From contig NC_043004.1 of assembly GCF_006345805.1 (NCBI RefSeq), positions 96,534,001 through 96,598,000 of the forward strand: 64,000 nucleotides of DNA, written 5' to 3'. Source of the stretch: Octopus sinensis. Lineage: Eukaryota. This document shows, in pieces, positions 53,972 through 64,000 of the stretch. The position numbers were made by a program, and so were the translations under genes. The number at the start of each line of letters is the position of its first letter. The stretch's first letter is position 1. The notes below the pieces were generated by a model. It did no database searches, was not told the origin of the DNA, and worked only from the letters and a program-made list of their open reading frames with translations.

Positions 53972-54250
53972 ATGCGATATGGGGAACTTGTGAATGGAAA
54001 GAGATCCCGGCAGAAACCAAGGCTGCGATTTAAGGACTGAGGAAGCAGATCGACACTTTTGAAAGAGCACATATTCTGCATGGAGAACTTAAGCGTGGGT
54101 TTGCAATGTTTGCAGTCGTACATGCTTGTCAAGGGCAGTGCTCATTAGCCACCAACGGAGCCGCAAATGCAAAATATAAGTTAGTCCTAGAGCGAACAAT
54201 GTTCCTGAAGGTCGGCAATGGTCTTCCTCAGTCACGAGTGGATGGCCATG
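53972..54250 (+). mobile_element. RTE-like LINE extreme 3' fragment
   Basis: Translates MRYGELVNGKRSRQKPRLRFKD, matching the RTE LYGEL..GKR..G.P.LR.KD motif. Confidence 0.65.
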
Positions 54251-54707
54251 ATATATACATATATATGCATGTATGGGTACAGGACGTCACCAATGGTAAA
54301 CAACATGAAACAGGAAAACAAATGAATTAAATACGCAAATAGCGAGAGAAAAAAAGGACAAGTAATACAAAGAATTGTCGGCTGTCTAAATACTCCCCAT
54401 TTTGAGCAAAAACGAAGAACAGACACAAGAAAAAAAACAAACAACGCGAAGATGTGGTACATGCAAAGTATTAGCAGACGCTCTGGGAAGGAAAGAAAGG
54501 TGGTATATATATATATATATATATATACGGGGATTCTATGAGCATGGTTTTACCTTCTTTGAGTAATTTTACTTTCTCCCTATTCGAGTAATTTCCCATT
54601 ATCTAACGGTTATTCTAATAGCTCTTTTGCTTGTCTTAATAACGGTCATTGTCATAGCAATTTCCCTTTATTTAACGGTCATTTTCATAGCACTTTTGTT
54701 TGTCTTT

Positions 54708-54766
54708 ATAACTGACGAGATATCGGAGCAGACTTCCTCCCCGACATCTGAAACACTGAGTTTTAT
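54708..54766 (+). ncRNA. Hammerhead-like motif with a long stem II
   Basis: ATAA-CTGACGA-GATATCGG...CCGACATC-T-GAAAC-actga-GTT-TTAT. Confidence 0.45.
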
Positions 54767-54821
54767 TATGGCAACCGACTAATTGTCACATATTATATAT
54801 ATTATATTATATTATATATAT

Positions 54822-54912
<91 letters not shown>

Positions 54913-55082
54913 GGCGCAGGAGTGGTTGTGTAGTAAGTAGCTTGCTAACCAGCCACATGGTTCCGGGTTCTGTCCCACTGCGGGCATCTTGGGCAAGTGT
55001 CTTCTGCTATAGCCCCGGGCCGACCAATGCCTTGTGAGTGGATTTGGTAGACGGAAACTGAAAGAAGCCTGTCGTATATATG

Positions 55083-55119
<37 letters not shown>

Positions 55120-55313
55120 TTGTCCCCCTAGCATTGCTTGACAACCGATGCTGGTGTGTTTACGTCCCCGTCACTTAGCGGTTCGGCAAAAGAGACCGAT
55201 AGAATAAGTACTGGGCTTACAAAAGAATAAGTCCCGGGGTCGATTTGCTCGACTAAAGGCGGTGCTCCAGCATGGCTGCAGTCAAATGACTGAAACAAGT
55301 AAAAGAGTTAAGA
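54913..55313 (+). mobile_element. SINE family A, full length, young
   Basis: Near-consensus copy that retains its CpGs; inserted next to (TA)n. Confidence 0.93.
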
Positions 55314-55328
55314 GCGTATATATATATG

Positions 55329-55429
<101 letters not shown>

Positions 55430-56201
55430 TGTGTGTGTTTTAGTAGGTGGAAAAGTTTCGTCTATATCATATGCTGCAAACTGTGATGTGTGTGCTGGTA
55501 TGTAGGTATATATCGACGTATACATGAATCTTCATTGATCTTTTTAAAGTCACCTGTGATTTTGCAATAGAATCATATTGAGTATTGTATATCATTGTAG
55601 AATATATTTTGTGCATTCTTTCGAAACAGTAACAAAAGAAACTAACTTTAAAATAAATGTGGGACTTTATTCCTCTGTTAAGTGGCACAGTGGATCAAAG
55701 CAAGAAACATTAGAAATTCTGTTGCTGTTCTTTCATCGTTTTGATAATTCAGCTTGGTTACATGGGCTCCATTGTATATATTAATTTTCCTTGGAAACGG
55801 CAGGATCTGCATAACACGCTTTGCTGAAAAACTCTCACCCTGTTGACTTGTAAATAATTTGTCACACCAATTTATGGAAAAAAAAAAAGAATCTCCAGAA
55901 CACATACGGAAATATTATACACACAACGTTATTAGACCTTCAATCCAGTTCCCATGCAGCACAGGTATCAAAAAACAACACAGGTCTCAAAAAATGTCTA
56001 AACACTCACATGATAGGTATATTAACCAATCACTACAGCTGAACGTGATAAGCCTTTATAAATCAAATGTTTTCAATATGCCATAATAGAAATTGGTGTC
56101 ACTACAGATTCAGGAGAGTCCATCATATGTTGTAGTTACTGTTGCAAACACAACTCTTGCTAAGCAGCAGCAACAGCACCAGTAGTAGTAGTAGTAGTAG
56201 T

Positions 56202-56235
<34 letters not shown>

Positions 56236-56322
56236 GTAGTAGTAGTAGTAGTAGTAGCAGCAGCAGCAGCAGTAGCAGTAGTTATGGTTCTTTCCAGTTT
56301 GCTTGCAATATTTTTAAATATA

Positions 56323-56555
56323 AGGGCGGTGAACTGGCAGAATCGTTAGCATGCCGGGTGTAATGCTTAGCGGTATTTCGTCTTCTGTTACGTTCTGAGT
56401 TCAGATTCCGTCGCGGTCGACTTTGCCTTTCATCCTTTTGGGGTCGATTAAATGAGTACTAGTTACGTACTGGAGTCGATGTAATCGACTTAATCCCTTT
56501 GTCTGTCCTTGTTTGTCACCACTATGTCTAGCCCCCTGTGGTCAATAAATATATA
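56323..56555 (+). mobile_element. SINE family B
   Basis: Family B head and body; probable TSD AATATTTTTAAA at 56307-56318 and 56556-56567. Confidence 0.88.
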
Positions 56556-56659
56556 AATATTTTTAAAGGTAAATTTACAAATTGGAGCTACACATATGAA
56601 CAAATACGTAAGCATATGTGTGTGTGTGCGTGCATATGTGTGTGAAATTATATATTATT

Positions 56660-58130
56660 TAACAGGCACAACCTAAGAGTCTCCTGTAGTTGTACACTTT
56701 ACATAAAAAGCATTTTAACAAGTATCCACAATACAAAGGAGGAGGCAGGTTGTTCTTGCAGGGTATATAATAACTGTCCTGTGGAGGCCGGTGTGAGGCT
56801 GAAGGAGTCATCTCTGAAGCTACGGTTACACCTAGACCTGTTATCCGCATTACCAGCAATACTCCATCCAACAGCAATATTAACTGATTAACAAGATCTC
56901 ACGCCAGTACAGTCGCCACAGCCAGAGATGATGACGAGTCCATGACCAGAGTGACCAAGGACGTAACCGACAACCTCAGTGGATGGAAGCACTCCGTCGG
57001 TTACGACGACGAGGGTTCCGGTTGATCCGAATCAACGGAACAGCCTGCTCGTGAAATTAACGTGTAAGTGGCTGAGCACTCCACAGACACGTGTACCCTT
57101 AACGTAGTTCTCGGGGATATTCAGCGTGACACAGAGAGTGACAAGGCCGGCCCTTTGAAATACAGGTACAACAGAAACAGGAAGAAAGAGTGAGAGAAAG
57201 TTGTGGTGAAAGTGTACAGCAGGGATCACCACCATCCCCTGCCGGAGCCTCGTGGAGCTTTAGGTGTTTTCGCTCAATAAACACTCACAACGCCCGGTCT
57301 GGGAATCGAAACCGCGATCCTATGACCGCGAGTCCGCTGCCCTAACCACTGGGCCATTGCGCCTCCCCCGACAACCCCAGTACCACTGCCGCAGATGATG
57401 AACAAACTATTCTCATAGACACAAATAGAATGACCAGCTCTGCACCATATCTTGCCACCAGTACAATCACCACACCTAGAGATGATGACCAATCCAGGTC
57501 TAGTGACACAGGGAAGATATCCAGTGTTCCCAGTACCACCACCAGAGATGGTGACCAAACAATTATCATCGACACAAATGGAATGACCAGCTCCGCACCG
57601 TATGTTACCACCGGCCGCACTATCACTGGCAGCTACATCGCCAACCATATCACCAGTAGTGATAACCACGGCAATAACACCGCCAGATCATTGTGCCATA
57701 TCGACTGCGTCAGAAACGGTGTTATCAATAGGATTCCCAAGCCCGGAGCCTGTCAGGGATATATCAGGAATGCAAATTTAGCCATATCCCAAGCTGGTAA
57801 ATATATTGGATCGGCTAGTACATCTTTCAAATGTCGCTTCCGCAACCACCAGTAATCCTTAAGAGTCCCAGAAAGATATTTTGTCACGTCCCTGACCCGC
57901 TATGTGTGACACCTCAAAGATCAAGGAACCCCATCAAGGTGGAAAATAATAGATCATCCAGGCCCATATATTAATGGGAGGGACCATTGCAAAATCTGCA
58001 TCGCGGAGAGAGCCAAAATTCTTAAGAACTATACTAACACCTGGCGCGTTAAATAGTCGTAAAGAAGTTTTCTTTAAATGTGTCCACTTCAAGCACTACC
58101 TACTGGCAAATTGGATCTCCTCGTTTGCTG
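56660..58130 (+). mobile_element. Penelope-like endonuclease region with a long Ser/Thr/Asp-rich insert (pseudogenised)
   Basis: FNRHNLRVSCSC...GCSCRVYNNCPVE/GRCEAEGVISEATV (56659-56827), insert, then KYIGSASTSFKCRFRNH (57799-57849), WKII...CKICIAE downstream. Confidence 0.8.
56981..57367 (-). mobile_element. tRNA-headed SINE family E, full length, young
   Basis: Minus strand GGAGGCGCAATGGCCCAGTGGTTAGG...GGTTTCGATTCCC; 14-bp TSD CCGACAACC(T/C)CAGT at 56967-56980 and 57368-57381. Confidence 0.92.
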
Positions 58131-58448
58131 GTTAGGCTCTTTCGAGTCTGTAAGTGTTGTTTTATCTCCTAGTTCAGGGGAAACAACCCGTCCTCTTTAA
58201 CGTTTTTAAATAGTAAGACTTAAATCTCGATTTCTGAGCATTTCTTCACATCCGCGGCATAGAAAATTTATGTTTTTGTCTTTGTATTGAGTTGATGAGC
58301 TGTCCACAAGGCATTTGGCTTTGTGGATACGAAACCTTTGTTGTAATAATTTCTGCTCTATTCTTTAGAGTGTGCTTCTTTTCTGATATATGTTTTATTG
58401 ACTATGTATATTTATATATACACACACATACATACATGCATACATATA

Positions 58449-58660
58449 TAACGGGAAGCTTTATGAAAATAAACAAAAGACGAAGGCAGGTGGAATACAA
58501 ACAAACAATTGTATTAGTATGGCGCTCAGGAATATAAATAAAACAAGTCTTTTACGTTTCGAGCCTACGCTCTTCAACAGAAAGATACACAGAAAAGAAA
58601 CACGGAGAGAAACAAGGAGAGAAGAAAATGATTGCAGAGGCTAGCGAATTAACATTGACT
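58449..58660 (-). mobile_element. Short hammerhead-bearing pLTR/retrozyme-like element
   Basis: Reverse complement of 10365-10577; ends next to (TA)n. Confidence 0.78.
58548..58585 (-). ncRNA. Minimal type I hammerhead-like motif with CUGUUGA core
   Basis: Minus strand TCTTT-CTGTTGA-A-GAGC-gtag-GCTC-GAAAC-GTA-AAAGA; 5-bp stem I, 4-bp stem II, palindromic ACGT. Confidence 0.7.
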
Positions 58661-58854
58661 AAGCATATAAATGCAAAACAAAGTGGAAAGAATTAGTTTT
58701 CGATTACCAAAGGTAGAGTAATATATTTTTTTTATTAAAGCCGCAAAAATCTTCACAGACTGTTACTCAGAGTTTCACTTTCCCATTCATCACTAACAGA
58801 CACATGGATATACAAACTAAATGATACTTTCTTCCAAACTCTCTAATATACTCT

Positions 58855-59263
58855 CTCTCTTTTACTCTTTTACTTGTTTCAGTCATTTGACTGCTGCCAT
58901 GCTGGAGCACCGCATTTAGTCGATCAAATCGACCCCGGGACTTATTCTTTGTAAGCCCAGTACTTATTCTATCGGTCTCTTTTGCCGAACCGCTAAGTGA
59001 CGGGGACGTAAACACACCAGCATCGGTTGTCAAGCAATGCTAGGGGGACAAACACAGACACACAAACACACACAGGCTTATATATATATATACATATATA
59101 CGACAGGCTTCTTTCAGTTTCCGTCTACCAAATCCACTCACAAGGCATTGGTCGGCCCGGGGCTATAGCAGAAGACACTTGCCCAAGATGCCACGCAGTG
59201 GGACTGAACCCGGAACCATGTGATTGGTTAGCAAGCTACTTACCACACAGCCACTCCTGCGCC
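58855..59263 (-). mobile_element. SINE family A, full length, young
   Basis: Near-consensus reverse-complement copy. Confidence 0.93.
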
Positions 59264-59421
59264 TATATGTAAAACTGTATTCTGAAAATTAATTCTCTGT
59301 TTCCACTATATTTCATCAAATATTTAAAATTTAAAGATGTGTGAGGAAAATAAGTATTATATGATTTTATACAAGAATCAAGTTAAAAACAAATCTGGCT
59401 TTCAGTGAATTGAATTTTGAT

Positions 59422-59536
59422 ATTGCACTGTACTTTCACTCAAAGTCAAAGCTGAAATTCCTTTATCAGTGGCTGAGTACATTGCACTGTACTTTCACTC
59501 AAAGTCAAAGCCGAAATTCCTTTATCAGTGGCTGAG
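59422..59536. repeat. Tandem duplication, 59-bp period, one mismatch
   Basis: ATTGCACTGTACTTTCACTCAAAGTCAAAGC(T/C)GAAATTCCTTTATCAGTGGCTGAG starts at 59422 and at 59481. Confidence 0.95.
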
Positions 59537-61393
59537 ATGGGAGTTGGATCAAGCAGAACTGAGAATCATGTATTAAGTATTGTATGGAAACATGAGAATA
59601 TTATTGGCAGAAAGTCTCTCTTTTGCCATATCTATTCTATTTCTCCAATGCATATATAAACACACACGTACAAAATCACATACATACATACATAAATAGA
59701 TATATGCACAAATATTTATATATGTAAGTGTGTGTAAATAGATATGTGTGTGCGTATATATATATATATTTATATGCGCGGTTGTGTATAGATATGTATG
59801 TATATATTTGTATGTATATATCTATATATCTATGCGTGTATATGTATATATATATACACATATAGATATATCTATATCTATGTATGTATCTATCTTTCTC
59901 TTTCACTTTCCCTTAATTTGTCTGTCTGTCTCTTTCTCTCTCTCTCTCTCTATTTATATATATATATAGTATGTAATTATAGATCCATTTCATTCAATTT
60001 CACTAATTGGTTGCACCCTATCGTGTGTGGAAACAATCGTTAAATGACTGAAATTGCTCTATAAAACTATACTGTATAGATATAAATAACGATATACCCC
60101 CAACTTCTCTATTGACAAATATATGAATGCCTGTTTTCCCTGATTTATGGATTCTTAGAAGACTCTACTTGCTTGTGTGTGTGCGTGCGTTTGTGTATTT
60201 TATTAGTGTAATGTCATATTTAACATGTCTGAGTGCACTTGGGCGTGCAGAGACCTTTCACTTTGGAAGTAGTCCCAGGAGAAACCTATCCCTCTAGACG
60301 GCATTTGTGAAAACAACTTGGGCTGTGAATGATGCCACTGGATCATAAGACGTGTGAGTTACTGCCTTGAACATGTCATCCGCTATAAATACCCAATCTG
60401 TCTTTACAGCAAAGAGGACAGTCAGTAATGTGTGTAAAGCTTGGTCAAGCAGGATTTAGCTAAAATCACACGAAGTATCATTGCATAAAATGCATTTGTG
60501 TAAACTCATACCTAAAACCTTTGAGTTCGCTTGAATGTAGGAAGACCTTTCAATGCAGAAATAGACTTGGGAGTAAATATTCCTAGGAAACATTTGTGTA
60601 AGCACATTGGGTTCCGGATGAATTTATATGACTCATTTCTGCAGCCCAATTATTTTCACACAGGAGGAAATTTTTCTCTTAAGATGATTTTTACATTGTA
60701 ACGTCTTCCCTCGCCAGTGTAAAGTAAGTAAAGATTTTTATAATCTTTAGATATATGATCCTGTATTAATATATGTGAAATTTCAAGCCAGCTTTCTGAC
60801 GGGTTTATAAAAGTTAGTATTTAAGTTCAGAGGAACATGAAAGAGATAACTTGTAGTTGAGTAACCTATAATTATTTTTAAGCCAAAAGCATTATATGTT
60901 TGGATAATGTCATTTGTTAATTTGTTTAATTTCAGGGGCCATTTGTACCTATTGGTAAAGCTAGCCCATCATCCCTGTAAATTCCAATGTCTATTGTAAG
61001 TAATCTGGATCATCATGTAACCACCTAACTGCACACAAACACTTGCAGAAAAATGGTATATGTATGAATTCCAATTTCATTTTCGATTTTCAGCATTTTC
61101 ATCACTTCTGCTGCCTTCATATCCTACATCCTCCACTTTTCTGCTCATTCTTAGGTTCGTTGTACTTGAATTTACAAAAAATTGGAGAGGAACCGACCTG
61201 TTTTTAGGACATTTTTTCTGTCTTGTGTATAGCTAAGGAATTTTGCTATTTTAAAGGACAGTGTGGGGTTGGTTGAGGTGGGGGAAAGAAGAGCAATGTA
61301 GAATTAAAATGATTTTTTTGTTTCTGGGCTAGTCTGTCATGGTTCAGTGGTTTTGGGGACCTCTAAGACCAGTGAAAACGAGTGCTGAAACAA

Positions 61394-61748
61394 ATATTGT
61401 TGTATTTCGGGATGGTCACTTTTTCCTTTCTTTTTCCTTGGCAAATAAACACATTCACTATGTATTCGTTCTTCACTTGCTTATCATTGTTCTCATTTTA
61501 TCCTATGTCCATTGTCTGAAGACCTTTCATCACACATCTGTGACCAATTCAGCGACTCTTCGATCGAATTGAGACACACGGGATGGAAGAGTCACTGAAG
61601 AGGTCACAGATGTGTGATGAAAGATTTTCAGTCAATGGACATAAAATAAAATAAGAACAATAATAAACGAGTGAAAAACGAATATAAAGTGCGTGTGTTA
61701 ATTCAGCAAGAAAAATCCAGAAATGGCCATCCCAAAATATAGCAATAT
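61394..61748. repeat. Long imperfect inverted repeat (fold-back)
   Basis: Core arms 61456-61561 and 61586-61691 align ungapped with 15 mismatches in 106 bp; 24-nt spacer; looser outer arms. Confidence 0.92.
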
Positions 61749-62529
61749 ATATACATACATATATATATTTCGTTGTTGTATTTGGTTTGCAAGATTCTTT
61801 ATGTGAATTCGTGTGTTGAAGTATATTTTATTTTTCCGGGGAGAGTCATTCTCTTTTGATGCCTTATTATTTAATACACTCACCAGTTCGATTTTCACTC
61901 TTTCACTTATTTATTTTTTCTAAAATTTTCGTTGCGTCTTGCAAACTTTTCAATAGTAGTTGACATGTGTGTGCGTCAGTGTGCATGTGTATACATATAT
62001 CTATATATGTATGTATGCATGTATGTGTGTATGCGTGTATGTGTATACATATATATATATATGCATGCATGTGTGTACGTTTATATGTATTTTGTATTTT
62101 ATGTATTGTGAATGTATGCATATTCATGTGTTAATATTTGTTTGTTTGTATGTGTGTGTATTTGTGTGTGTACCATTGTCTCCTTGTGTGCACATGTCTG
62201 AGAGTGTCTTTGTGCATGAATTTGTGTGACTACGTACGTGCATCTGTTATGTATGGGTGCGTTTCTCCATACGTGGCCTAGTGTGTGAAGTGTGCATGTG
62301 TGCATATGGTCATGTGTTTCAGTCTTCATTTATGTATGAATGTGTGTATGTGTGTGTGCTTCTCTGTCCATATTACCTATGTACCTATCTATCTGTTTAC
62401 TTACATATCCATTTACCTACACACACAGAAACACACATATATGTATATATACATCTACATAACAGTCTACTAAGAACTCTACCTGTGTATATATAAACTG
62501 ACTACTTTCTACGTATATTTCCTATCGTA

Positions 62530-63460
62530 TATTTCCCATTTAGTATTGGGGGTGTTTCATTTATGAGGACGTACTCCTGTATTTGTCTGAGTGTTGGGTC
62601 CTTCAGGTGCTTGGATAAAATGTAGATGTCAAGTTAACTCAGAATGCCTTCATGTTGGTCTCTGGCATGTTAGTAGAGTATGGAGGACTGGTTTTTTTGT
62701 AGTCATATTGTCTCAAATGTCCATTTAGTCACTCTTAATGCTTTTAGATGTCTCACCTATGTATATCGTGTTCTTGTCTTTACAGTAGAGTACATTTCTA
62801 GTTCTACAGTTAAAGCCAGGCTTAATCTTACATACCATGTAGTTATCATTGGTGCATGTGGTATTCTCAAAGGGGTGCGTCATACGTAGTTGTGATCTGA
62901 TGTAGCTCCTTGGCTTTTCAGCGATCTTAACGTCGAGTTTGGTATCCTTCAGAGATTTCTTAAATCTACGGGCTAGTTCTTCATGTGCTGTGACCTCTAC
63001 AAACGTCACTCTTTGATATTTGTCGGTGTTGTGCCACGTGTTCACCCTGTTTGCTTTGTCACAAACTCTTTGTATCCTATTCCCGTCTTTACTTCTATAT
63101 CTAGGACACTGGTTTCATTAAATATAATGCTATCTAACGTCTTTCTAGCTCCCCTGTATACCTGAACCCTATCTTTCTGGCCATATGCAGAGAATCGCAT
63201 GCGGTGCATGAAATTCTCTACATGTTTCTTCGTTTCACAGGGTTTGCATGGTGGGGACACGTTCTTCATTACCCTAACTAAGTCTGCTATCAGTATGTTG
63301 ATATTTATGTTGTGTGACAAAGCTGAGTTCTTGTGAAAAACATATATAGAAGCTATGAGTTTCATGCAATGGGAGTGGAAGAGCTGCACTCTGTTGTTCG
63401 CAGTCTCGAACCAAATTTCAGTATCAAGGACAGGGAGTCTATTGTTAGGGTGCATAGTGG
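62530..63460 (-). mobile_element. Penelope-like element remnant: RT thumb plus GIY-YIG endonuclease
   Basis: LPVLDTEIW...HRMRFSAYG (63042-63455), CMVC...RNVLYC...IYIGETSK (62725-63045), terminal RQIQEYVLINETPPILNGK. Confidence 0.82.
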
Positions 63461-64000
63461 GGGTAATCTATAGTTACCTTGTTACTTTGGTGGATGGAGT
63501 TCGCCAGGTGCTGGATGTTCTCCATTATGCATCCGGTTTTTGTACATTTACAGAGAATACCGAACTGCCTTACACAGGATCTTGTTTTTAGGAATTCCCA
63601 ATAAATTAGGAACACCCAAATTGTGAAGTCAGTTACGTAATAACATAAAATTAGTTACCCGATAGTAAGAATTCAAATAAAGTAGCCTCGAAAAGGCTTT
63701 AATACGTTACCAGAGTATGTAGAAAACAGGCGGAAATACTAATAAGGTATGCATATTAAATTCGTGAAGCATGTTACGTAATAACAGGCTAATCAAGATA
63801 AGAGATAATACCATTTCAAAGTAAATAACTCTGAAAAGGGCTTTTGTGCGTTCCCAGAGAATATTACCCTCAGGGGCGCTAGTATTAGTATATTCATGAA
63901 TAAGTTACTCACCGAAATAAGTGGATCTATTGTTTAGGGAAATAGTATTTACTTGTTTAAGGGTTGTACTATATCAATGGCGAAAATAACTCTAACACTT

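Noticed and set aside
56885-56887. In-frame TGA as selenocysteine
   Set aside because: It falls in the low-complexity insert, not at a conserved Cys. The element has other lesions (frameshift near 56787, TAA at 57853) and I saw no SECIS. CGA>TGA decay is simpler.
57430-57855. Ser/Thr-rich ORF as a mucin-like host gene
   Set aside because: It ends in the YIG half of a PLE endonuclease and is continuous with upstream PLE motifs, so it is treated as part of the element.
58290-58345. Hammerhead-like TTGATGAG...GAAAC after the 56.7-58.1 kb PLE
   Set aside because: Stem II is good, but C3 is mutated and stem I does not pair; noted only as a probable decayed remnant.
60250-60410. 53-codon minus-strand open stretch containing DWVFIADD
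   Set aside because: Superficially like a glycosyltransferase DxD motif, but bounded by stops with no convincing splice pair.
61456-61691. Mismatch bias in the long hairpin as proof of selection for G-U pairs or fixed ADAR edits
   Set aside because: 8 versus 3 is not significant, and the outer arms show the opposite tendency.

Overview
AT-rich, microsatellite-dense metazoan DNA. The SINE families look like those I recall from Octopus, but that is inference and was not checked. No complete protein-coding gene is visible, and nearly all ORFs in the supplied track are microsatellite or antisense artefacts. The window is dominated by mobile DNA: about 25 tRNA-derived SINE copies of several families, a solo LTR with a 4-bp TSD, and an RT-deleted Gypsy element with both LTRs that carries a nested CR1 fragment and a Helitron. 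It also holds three copies of one Helitron plus a second Helitron-like element, two GG-terminated MITEs with 8-bp TSDs, a cluster of R4/Dong-like LINE 3' ends next to (TAA)n, RTE fragments, and at least six Penelope-like (PLE) remnants. Short exons with good splice signals suggest a + strand host gene at about 1-8 kb and a - strand gene with a spectrin-repeat-like exon at 52.4 kb. The most interesting signals are: (1) several minimal type I hammerhead-ribozyme motifs, including a family with a non-canonical CUGUUGA core; (2) a PLE 3' end that contains a tRNA-like Pol III module, an (AAT)n tract and a hammerhead; (3) a PLE GIY-YIG motif split by an in-frame 191-aa Ser/Thr/Asp repeat; (4) a pri-miRNA-like hairpin at 40.5 kb; and (5) long fold-back structures at 53.9 kb and 61.4-61.7 kb. 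Everything was read by eye. Ends of old repeats are approximate and family assignments are from motif recall, not database searches.
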